Both the position numbers and the translations under genes were made by a program. A DNA stretch of 63,733 nt, counting the filler, from Klebsormidium nitens (lineage: Eukaryota; Plantae; Klebsormidiophyceae), in the NCBI GenBank assembly GCA_000708835.1. It is 7 parts of 7 records of this genome, joined end to end, with 100 filler letters (N's around TTAATTAATTAA, not from the genome) between each part and the next. Parts side by side here need not be neighbours in the genome. Positions count along the whole stretch, not along the records: positions 45,302 to 61,495 come from DF238005.1; 6 more parts are not named here. The stretch is one strand, 5' to 3'. Positions 47,626-58,517 of the stretch are shown piece by piece. The notes beneath the pieces were generated by a model. That model ran no database searches. It was not told where the DNA came from and was given only the letters and a program-made list of their open reading frames with translations. The first letter of the stretch is position 1, and the number at the start of each line of letters is the position of its first letter.

Positions 47626-50600
47626 CTGGAGAACAAAGTTGATGGCCCGCTCGACGTCGGCCATCGCGGGCCGGGCCGTGGGGTAGGGGTCGATGCACGC
47701 CTGTGCCAGCTCCACCGTCCAAAAGAAGGGGATGGACGGCCAGGATCCCTGCGGACGTCCGAGGAGTGTAGTGAGTGCAGAGATGTCCGAAATATGAGGC
47801 TGGGAACCGTCTTTTGACTTTTGAGAAATGAGGCGCGACTTGCAAGTCTTTGAACAGTTTCACCTGACGGGGATTCCACTGGCGTGCGTTCGCCGGCTGC
47901 GCTGTGCATAGAACCTCGAAACCCTCGGTTAACCTCCAAACACCGCAAATCATGAAAGCCTCACGTCTGCATGCAAGCCGACCCCAAAAGATGATTGATA
48001 CCCTGAAGCCCTCACCTCTAGTTGCGGGTCGATGATCCCCTCGACGTTTTTGAGGTCGCTCTGCATGCGCTCCCCTGCCCACTGCGCGAGCGCCACGCCG
48101 TCACGTGACACCGCGGGCCGGCCCGTCATCAACTCCAACAGCACCACCCCGAAACTGTACACGTCAGCCTTCTCCGTGACGCCGCCTTGGCCGTACCTGC
48201 CGCCAAAGAATCACGATTCAGGGAGGTTTCAGCAGCTCTTTCCGAGCTTGAGAGTGCCACGTTCGTTGCACGGAGGAGCAATCCACTGGTCCGATACCAA
48301 ACCGTTAGGGTAGAGAAGAAAAGTTAAAGTAAAGAGACAATAGAAAGTAGAATAAGACAAGAACTCCTGACAACAGACCCCTAACGACGAATGGCAAACA
48401 AGTCGGCCTAAATGAAGCATAAACACGGAAGCAATGTATCGATAAGATAGGGGAAAATACACACCCACTTCTCGAAGTGATTTCTGAACAACCTTTTCGA
48501 ATCAATTCATGAGCCCGTTCCTAACCCGGTCGCTTACGTTTCTGATTCAGCTTCGTAACCGTTCTCAAACCAGTCCTACACCCCGAAATGTAACTAACTC
48601 ACTCTGGCGCCATGTACCCGCCTGCCCCGATGAGCAGTGACGTCACTTCCTCGGCAACCGGCCCTTCCTCGACGCTCCACCGAACGGTGCCAAAGTCCGA
48701 CACGACCGCCCCCATGTCCTCATCGAGCAGCACGTTGCTGGAGCAAAAGTTGCGGTGGATGATGCCATGCTGATGTAAGCACGCGAGCGCGCCCGCGGAC
48801 TCGGCGGCGATGGTCAGCCGGCGACGCCACTCGATGAAGCGGGGAGACGTCGTGCCTGTGGGAAAAAGACAGGGGAGAATGAGCATTAATTACTCGGGAA
48901 GCAAAAAGAATGGAGAAAAGACTCGACTTTTACTGGGGGTTGTGAACGAGCGAAGATGAAAGGAATGGTCGACGGTTGATGGCTGGTGTCAGGAGTGAGA
49001 GAGCAAGGGCCAATCATCCAAAACAACTTGCAAGAAAGGGTGATGACGGGCGAACGGTATTACAAGCTTTCAGCAAGGCACCTCAGCGATCGCAGGACGT
49101 CGTTCCTCCATGGCATGCGGAGTTCCGAGTCTGGACATTTGCAAGGTCGCAGTAGCATGGTACCCTTGACGACCGCTCTCTAGGAAGCAGGATACTGTCT
49201 TTCCGCTCACCGTGGAGCCTTTCATGGAGGCTGTTATTGGGCATGTATGGGAAGACGAGGCAGCATTCTGGGAGAGAAAGCATCGCAATCCAACCAGCAA
49301 GAAGCTCTTAAGCGTCGTTTGCACAGGAGTCAATTAAACTAAACGGACTCAGGAATGTCGAGAAGAGGAACCCTCGGGTCGAGAAAGGTCTTCTCACCGT
49401 GCAGCCTTTCTTGAAGGCTCTTGTTGGGTACGTACGGGAAGACGAGGCAGCGTTCCCTGCCCTGGTTGCAGTATCCGACGAGGTGGATCAGGTGGGGGTG
49501 CTCCAGCCGGCTCATCAGCGCCGCCTGCTCCGGGAAACGGTCCTTGGGGGGGGCCTTGGCGAGCACGCCCAAATCCTGTTTTTCGTGGGGGGAAGAGTTC
49601 GGTTTGTCTACTAGATGGCAAGAACGATCTGAGGGGGGTGAATATTCAGGACTCGTTGGTTGGCGCCTCCCAATCCAAAACGGTTCTTAGGGGGACCTTT
49701 GACGAACACGCCCAAGTTCTGCTTGTCGGGGGGGGGTGAGATTTGTTTCGATCAAGGTGGGGGAGAACAATTTGGGGGGGGTTGGAATACGCGGATGAGT
49801 GCAGCTTGCTTCAGGAAACGGTCCTTGGGGGTGGCGCGCCCAGGTCCTGCTTTGGAGGGGGTGCCGTTAAATCTATGCTCGGGGGGGGAGGGTACAGTGC
49901 TTGGATTGCTTTGAGATTGAAAGAACCGGTGCAGCTTGCTCCGGAAGCGGTCTTTGAAGGGCACTCAGCGCGCATGCTAGTTTCATTTCAGGGGTAAGGC
50001 GGGGGGGGTAAAGATCCACAACCAGGGGCAAGGACGCACGGGGCCGAAGAGTAAAAGTGCAGCTTATCAGAAGAGAAGGGCCCATTGGGGGGACCCTGAC
50101 AAGCACGCTCCGTCATGGTCGTGGGAAAGACGGAGTAGATCCGGATGAGAAGACGAGGGAAGTTTTTGAAGGAGTGATGACCAATTTTGTAAGACACGAG
50201 ACCAGAATTGTTTTTCGATCCTACAACAAGGTAGAAGGCGCAAAGGCGTTGCCGACTTCAATCGTTCATATCTGGATCCTCCTCGGAATCTCGACGCGAG
50301 CAGTTCGACGGCTGAATAGGGAGCTAGAGCAGAAAAGCAAACGAGCATGACCTGATCAGAAAATTAATACGACGCAAATATGAACATTATAATCGATGTT
50401 GCTCTCACCCGCAGTTCGTGCAGCCGCTTGACCACAACACTCTTTCCCCCTATCGCCGACAGATACGTCCGCCCGAACCCTGAGCTCCCAATCAAATGCT
50501 TCACATTGAACCCTTCCGTTGCAGTCGCCAGCTCCCCAAACGTGAACACTTTGGGGGGGTCCTCAGCCCCGTACACATCGAGCGACCCGAACCCCCCCTC

Positions 50601-53600
50601 GGTGAACAGCGGGTTTGCCGCCCCCCCCGGAGCGTCGTACAGCGGGTTTGACACCTGGCCGGGCGGACTCTTGAAACCGTCCTTGTAGTCGCCGTTTTCG
50701 CCGAGGGGGGAGTGCAGGCGGGTGCCGTTACTGGAAGGGGGGGTCGGGTAAGGCGTGGTGGAGGCCCCCCCCGGAGTGGTGGAACGGCTGCTGACTTGGG
50801 TGCTGGGTCCTTTGGCAAGGCGCTCAAACCCGGCGGAACCAACAGGAGCTTGGCGTTCGATGCCGGCTGACAAGTCGGCAAGAGGGGACAGGTTATGTGA
50901 TAAGCGGACGGAAAGTTACGTGGCTGTGGAAGGTAAAAACCGGAAGGCTCTCCGACCGCTCAAACTAGGGTAGCGTCAGTGCGGGTCAATCTTGCATACA
51001 AAGGCTCTTCGGTTACCTTTGTTAGGTATCCTTGAGTACTCGTAGTAACGGCAGAACGGAGGGACTATTGTGACCATATCAGAGATCTTTGACGTCTGTT
51101 TCTCTCCTCTTCTGACGAATTTCCAAATTCCCCTTTGCTTCGGTAAAGCGAAGCCTCAAGGTAAAAAGACTTCAGACACAGAGGGCGTACCAGATTGCAT
51201 GCGCTCTGAGTCTACCAACCCAGGGGCAGAGAGCTTTGCAGGATCGTTGCTGCTCCTTCCGTGATGCTTGCGACTAGACCCACCTCTCTCCAAGTCTTCC
51301 TTCCACAGGTCCAGGTTCTTCTCCCTCTCGCCTCGTTTCCGCCGCCGCAAGAAGATGAGCCCGCAACAGCAGCACAACGCGATAAGGGCCAACACAAAGA
51401 GGGCGGGGAGGACGGCGACCAGCACAGTCGCTGTGGTGCTCCAGTTGTCGCCGGAAGAGCCTGTAGAAACACATGTTGGGCATTAGCGAGCTACAAACGT
51501 CGGGGGGAGGCGAAAAATGCAATTTGAACGACGTCGCTTGGCGTTGGTAATCCTCTCGAGGGCTACCGTGAATACTTGATTCAAATTGAAATGTTAGGTT
51601 GATGCACTCTTTAAATTGCAGGGAGATTTGGAAGGTGAACGAAAATTGAACTTGCTGCAGCGTAGGCTCTGGAAGCGTTTCGGCAGGACGAGCCTTCGAC
51701 AAACTCCCGGCCCCCAAGTCCGCTTCAGTACCGGTGCTCCTTACGAGACCTTCAAAGCTCAGCGGACCCCTACAAACAGCCGCCTCTTGATGAAAAAAAC
51801 CTGAATGCTCAACCCCCTGTAAACTCATTCTACTTGAGCAAAAAGCCGGAACTTCTGAAACCTGCTGGACGTGATCCCCTACAAGCCCAGGATTACAAAG
51901 CCCCTCACCAGAAGGATCGCACGTGCAGTTCAGCACCGCCGTCCCGTCCCCTGAGCACACCCCCCCGCCAGGCTGCCCCGTCGCGCAAACACACCCCTGA
52001 GTACTTCCCGGGGCGCACGTTCCGTTCTGGGGGGTTTGTGACGAGACGACGGAACTGCCAGTGCCGTTCAACGTGGCAACCGGAACGATGACGCTTGAAG
52101 TGACGTTTACGGGAGCAGGGGGGGGCATGGGATTCAGATTGCCAACGGAGAGGGGTGGATTGCCAGCGCAGAAGGGCTGGTTCTCAAGTTGCTGGCACAA
52201 GGGGTTGCCGTCCACCCTGGAAAAGGGGGGGGGGAAGATGAAGCGTTTGCTAGGGATCTCATCTTGTCCTAAGATGCTGAAACGCAAAGAGCCTATCGAA
52301 ACCGAGCAGAAAAAAGCGCATTCAAAAGCAGCAGGGGCTGATTTCTCGAGTTGCTGGAACAAGGGGTGGCCTTTTCCACCCCAGGACCCGAATGTCCGCC
52401 AATCGAGGATAACGCTTATTGGGAATGCGGGCAGAGTAAAGTAGAAGCTCTACCCAAAGTTGAGCACCAGAAAGATGTGGTCCAAAGAAGCAGGCGGGAG
52501 AAAGGGCCACATTCGCTCTGACGACAGCCAGCTTTGACCCTGGGAGAACGTACCTTGCAATAAGGTTGGGCATTGCGGTCAACTGAGTGGGTATCGGTCC
52601 CGAAAGATTGTTCCCTTGCAAGTACCTGCGCCAGATCCCAAGGTTAGCGAACCACTTCAGGACCGGTTGTGCAATCTGGTGCTTTGTAAGGTGCGTCGTG
52701 AGAAGAGCCCTTCCACTAGAGACCATGCAAGCGTTGCTAACAGCAATCAAGGCGAGTCGCTCCATTACAGAGAACACTATCAGTGATCATCGGAGCCCTC
52801 ATGCAAGCTCGACTCAGCGGTTCATCCATTACCAAACCGTACTGCTATCACGAGCGCAATGCATGCCTTACCAAGGCCCACCGCCTTCCGGGATCCAAAT
52901 GCTTGACCTAACTGATGGGGACGAGAGAATGGGCACTCACAGGAAATTGAGATTTGTGATGTTGGCGAGCTCTGGAGGGATGCTGCCACTAAACGAGTTG
53001 TTTGGCAGTAGCCTGCACAACGTAGGGTCAAGGGTCTCAGATTCTCGTAGCTTCGGGTTTACGACTCGAGATTGAAAGTCTTCCAAGGCAAAATCTGCTT
53101 AAGCAGGTTCCGAGTGAAGCCGGAGTTCCTCGAAAGCAAATCAGTGAAGGGTCAAGCTCCCGATGGGTGAAAGCGACTTCAAGATTTTAATATAATCGAA
53201 ACGAGAAGCACGCAACCAGAGGCCATAAGTTGAGGCTCTCCATTCGTCACCCGGCCGGGTGCCCAGGTTATGGTCCCCAGCATATTTGACATGACATTGT
53301 CATCTGTAAGCCCGTTGCTTCGTCTTGCTCAACAGATTAAAGTGAGGGCCCTATTAACCACTTTTCCAAAGGGAACGAGCCTTGGACCGGACTGTCGGAA
53401 GCCAGTCGGACAAGTGCCCCATCACTTTCAATAGCCAATGCCTTCCGAAGGAAAAGTGGACGCCTTTTCGAACGAAAAGCAGTACTTTTCGGCGAGAAAG
53501 CACGAAGCTTTAATCCAGATGCAGTTGGGAATGCTTACAGGGCTTGCAGCTGGGTCATCTGGCCAATCTCCGCGGGAATGGACCCTTTCAGATAGTTGGA

Positions 53601-56347
53601 ACTAAGGTTGAGCAGCTGGAGGTTTCCCAGGTTCACGACAGTGGCGGGAAGATTCCCCGTGAAGATGCACCCCCCCAGATTGCTGTCGGAACCAGAAGAA
53701 ATTTCAGCGACGGTATTGGGGAAGCGCAGGCAAGTAGCGGCTTTGAAAGTACTGAAAGCAGCAACAAAATCAACGCAGATTCTGGATTACTGTGACTACC
53801 TGTCCAACCTGTCAACTACTATTAACGGCTGCACTCGGTTTCCTTCGCATCATCCGGCGAACAACACTCCGAAACCGAAGCAGGAGCTGAACCTGGAAGA
53901 AGCAAAGGGTCTCCTACAAGTATAACCTTTCCCACGGGGTCACTTTCTTTCTCAACGATACCCATAGAAACTAGAAGAAGCTGAGTCGGACTTTTGTCAA
54001 CCGGCTCGAAATGAAAGGAGGTATACCCCTCATCCAATAATTCCCACATTAGGCGTCCAAACCCACGTGAACCAAAGAATTTTAGTCCGAGCAGCTCCTT
54101 GGCGATCAGGGCCTTAAGACTTGCGTATGACATAAGAAGGGACTTCACGGGGTAGATTTCGCTGTTGGGGCACAAAAGATAGACAGAGATAAGCAGCAAC
54201 TCCACTGCAAAGTCTCGCCTTGCAGGTCTATCAATCTCAGGCGCAACCTATTTCGGTCGAGCCTCAGCTCTTTGAAATCTAGAGTTGAGATCAACATCTC
54301 AAAGTTGCTATGGCAAGCGCAGCCACCAAAAGACTCTGCCAAAAGCCTCCCCAGCTGGCTTGCCAACCAGGTTTCCAGACGCCAATGCGTTTTTCCTGAG
54401 ATCAAAGAAGGCTGAAACCCTCAACCAGACTAAGTCGGCAACTTACAGTTGCTCTAGCAAGCGCATACGAAAAAGGAGGTTTGCCAAGGGGGCCTCTCAA
54501 GGAATCTGCCTAGGTCAGCAAGAGCTCTTCCCTGCAACCTTGGAAGTAGACGCAGCAAACCCATTGAGAGCAATCTGCGAGAGATTTTGAGGACTCACAG
54601 TTGCTGCAGTGAGCGCAGGCGGAAGAGGGAGTCCGGCAGGGGCCCCCACACGGAGTTCTGGCTGAGGTCCATTCGAACTAGACGCGGCATGAAACCAATC
54701 CATGGGTCCAGCGTCGCCACCAAGTGATTGCTGTGCAGGTCCAGTTGCTGCGGAGCGGGGGCCAATGCACGATCATTTGTCATCCGATCCTTGTGTCTCT
54801 GTTACACTTATTCTGATTTCTAGGCTTCCTTGGGAAGGATAAGCCCAGGGGTTGACCCTCGTACTAGCTTAGCGTGCGAACAAGCGAACACTGTAGGTTG
54901 TGCGAAACCATCTGCCAACGACGTGCATCTCGGATGAAGTACTTGAAGTATTAGGGGGAAAAGGTGGCAAAGTGCGAAACGTTGGCGGAGTGAGATACTG
55001 GACTGAGCGGCCCGAAGCATGAGACAGAGTGGAATTTCCGTAGGGACAAGTCTGCCATTATCGACTGACACTGCTGTCCTGACAGCAATTACGGGCTTCC
55101 CTTATCTCCGATTCATGGGGGGCATTCTGCCCGAGTTGCCCAATCCAGAAAAGAAGCTTAGGGATTACCAAATGGTTGGCTTTTGACGAGGAGCAATTGG
55201 GCCCCTCCAGTCAGCTACATTTATAATTTTACAAGATCAGAGCAGCTTCAAGCTCGTTCCATTAACTGCACAAATTGGGTTATCATGATTTTACTGAGTG
55301 AGACAAAGAGAATCAAAGTCGGACACACTGGTGGGCTCTAAGAGGCGGCAACATTGTAGGGCGCTGATGCCACGGCAAGTTTGTGGGTTTGCAATTGAAA
55401 AGTGGGTGCTTCCAATGATTAGTCCTCACCTCGAGCTGCGTCAGGTTTCTGAACTCCCGAGGAATGCCCCCCTCAAGCTCGTTTTGGCTCAAGTCAAGGA
55501 TTTGCAGATTTGGCAGTTGGCCCAAGGCGGGGGAGAGGGTACCCGTAAGCCCAAAGCCCGGGAGTTGCCTGGATGCAGTGAGCACACGTGTGAGAGTGAC
55601 ATGGTGAATGAGACCAGATGTGTTGGGGTTAAAATAATAGTTGCCCCAAACACTTTAGAAATGGGCAGAGGAAGATGACAGACGGCAGCACCAACGTCGT
55701 GCTTTGTCCAATTACAGTTTGGAATGGCACCACTCGTCTTGAGAAGCGACAGTCTGCGCCGTCCAATCTACATTGCAAGCACGTTTGCTATGCCCACTTT
55801 GGAAATTTCTGCCATGTAAGGGGACTCTCGTGCTCAAAGCGTGGCCTATGTGCGAGGTTTGCAAGGAAATGCTGGCGCTGTCAAAATGCTCAATGTCCTG
55901 ACCATTGTTATTGCTCGCAGGCAACTGCTCGTAACCCTTGCTATAAACCCTAAAGATCAATGGGGCTTATCCAGATGGTTTCGGGGACTAGCTCAGTATG
56001 AATGCAGAGATACGAGAGCAATGCTCTTTTGGCTAGGATACAAAGCAACCGGAGGATTGGCAAACCTATCATAATTCCAGAGAGATACCTTTAAAACATT
56101 CATATCCGCCCCTGTGGCGAGCCATGCTCTTACAAACACCTTGAACAGGAGTAGATTCAGTGAGACAAAACAGAAGAAGGAATGTCAGGCATCGATACTT
56201 ACAGTCCCGTGACGTATCGGGTCTGGTCCCCGTTCGCTGGCGTGCATTGCACCCCCAACCATGCAGACCCACATGGATCCGTTCCGTTCCAAGTTATCAA
56301 CCCCGGGGGGGCGCCCGAAGACTGCTTGATGATTATGAGACCGTTCG
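47626..56347 (-). CDS. LRR receptor-like kinase (RLK/Pelle), 8 LRRs, atypical HRN kinase domain; first (signal peptide) and last exons unresolved
   Basis: In-frame exons: 56347-56203 (LRR N-cap, W..TDPC..WLGVQC); LRR exons 55568-55430, 54747-54599, 53682-53539, 53012-52941, 52625-52554; 52216-51909 (GNPLC plus Cys-rich module); 51460-51191 (TM plus RRRKR); 50866-50409 (FTFGELATAT, GSSGFG, VVVKRL); 49575-49398; 48855-48603 (HRNFCSSNVLL, SDFG, GYMAPE); 48196-48016 (KADVYSFGVVLLEL); 47748-47626 (ACIDPYPTARPAM). Confidence 0.88.
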
Positions 56348-58002
56348 CTGCGATAGAGGCATGATGTGGATGAGCAACTGGGCGCAAATGACCACAAGGT
56401 GTTCAAAGTCACCAGTTTCGAGGCCTGAAAGAGTTTGTTTTCATCGGGAAGGGGGTCCAAATCCAGTGTGGATGGTGCCAAATAACTGAATCGACCGGGT
56501 AAAAAGAGAACGAACAGGGGAGTACCGTGCGGCTGCTTGGAGACAGGACGCTTGGAACGACTTTGACAGAACTTTTGAAGGTGAGATCAAAGTTGCTTTC
56601 AAGGTTCTGAAATGTCGCCGCATTCAAGCAAAGCTAGAATTGCAAGCCTGTGCAAACATGCTCGATCCTGCCTCTGAGCCGCCATGCTCAGAAATGGATC
56701 ACCTGAGATTTGACCATATATCCACGTATGGACTGACATGAATCAACGGCGAATTCACCATTCAATCTTAGGTTTCCGGAGGTATGCAAGCAATGTGTGG
56801 AAGAGAGCCCTCAGGAGAGTATTGGGCACAAACGGGGTTGAACATGGGGACCAGGAACAGTGTGACAGGAAAATCTACTACTGGTAATCAACCCAACTAG
56901 GCTGCTAAGGAGGGAGAAAGACACTATGGAAAAGCTGCGGACTGGTCTCTACAAGAGTCCCTGTTAATGCGAGGGATGCGTTGACAGCTGGGCTGAATAA
57001 ATTGCCAAATGGCAACAGTCTGGACTTCTAGACACCCACTCACTGACAATTGACTGCTGAGTTCAGCTTCTAGATTATGGGTACATGCCTAGGGAAACAG
57101 CTTCACTCGAAAACCATAGATCTCTCGTCCGCTCAAATTGGCCCCAATCATGCATTTCAATAGAACCTGCTGCGCTTCATAAAATCTAGAAAATCTGGTG
57201 GGTTGCGACGAATGTCAGCTCCAAACCTGGTGTCTTACACAGTCATGGTAAAGTAAGAGCAGGATCGAGTACATACCTTCATTAGGGTCCGATTGTCCAC
57301 ACACTTCTACAGCCAGCAAGAGCGCCACTAACATAAGGAACGTAAACCGCGCCATTGCCCTAGGTTAAGAATCACAATCAACGAATCTGCTTGACACCGC
57401 TAGGGACAGCAATAGCTCCTGAGAGTGTGCTCCCCGGAGATACGAGCGCACTTGCCAGTGCATGCAAGCTTTAACATTGACCAACATTGTGGGCGGCCCA
57501 GCGTATGTCAATGCGAGGAGCTACCTCATACATTCTACTTTGTCCAGTGAAAGGTCGCAACTTTCCTCTCTGCCAGCATTTGCAGCCCCATGCACATGTG
57601 AAGAATTTCCTAGACAACCTTCACCGTGCCGGCCGTCTAACTGCTGTATCTTTCCACTTTACTCCAGCTGTTTTGCTTTTGCACAACAGCACTGTCAGCA
57701 GCAAAATACATAACACAACTCTTGAACCTTTTCCAACTAGCAAAGCTGACTACATACGCAGCTTCTATAGCAGATGAACGAAGAGAAAAACCGTTTAACG
57801 GTGCTGGTGAGCTTTATGAGCTTTTCCTATTGTGATGCGCCACCGAGGCGCCAAAAAGCAGCCCTTCTCCTCTCCTCACGACGTTTCGAGTTCTTGGGTC
57901 ATATGGCTTGAAGATGAGAGAGACGAGAAAGAGGAAGAAAGGCAGGTACGGTACGTTCAACAGGCTGGTGCAAGCTGGCTCAACGCTCATGAGTACCTCA
58001 AT

Positions 58003-58517
58003 NNNNNNNNNNNNNNNNNNNNNNNNNNNNNNNNNNNNNNNNNNNNNNNNNNNNNNNNNNNNNNNNNNNNNNNNNNNNNNNNNNNNNNNNNNNNNNNNNN
58101 NNNNNNNNNNNNNNNNNNNNNNNNNNNNNNNNNNNNNNNNNNNNNNNNNNNNNNNNNNNNNNNNNNNNNNNNNNNNNNNNNNNNNNNNNNNNNNNNNNNN
58201 NNNNNNNNNNNNNNNNNNNNNNNNNNNNNNNNNNNNNNNNNNNNNNNNNNNNNNNNNNNNNNNNNNNNNNNNNNNNNNNNNNNNNNNNNNNNNNNNNNNN
58301 NNNNNNNNNNNNNNNNNNNNNNNNNNNNNNNNNNNNNNNNNNNNNNNNNNNNNNNNNNNNNNNNNNNNNNNNNNNNNNNNNNNNNNNNNNNNNNNNNNNN
58401 NNNNNNNNNNNNNNNNNNNNNNNNNNNNNNNNNNNNNNNNNNNNNNNNNNNNNNNNNNNNNNNNNNNNNNNNNNNNNNNNNNNNNNNNNNNNNNNNNNNN
58501 NNNNNNNNNNNNNNNNN
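58003..58517. other. Scaffold gap (N run without linker)
   Basis: An uninterrupted N run with no TTAATTAATTAA. Confidence 0.95.

Noticed and set aside
51274-52362. 362-aa ORF as an independent gene
   Set aside because: It is the RLK Cys-rich exon read through introns that happen to be open. The TM exon is in another frame and splicing explains the structure.
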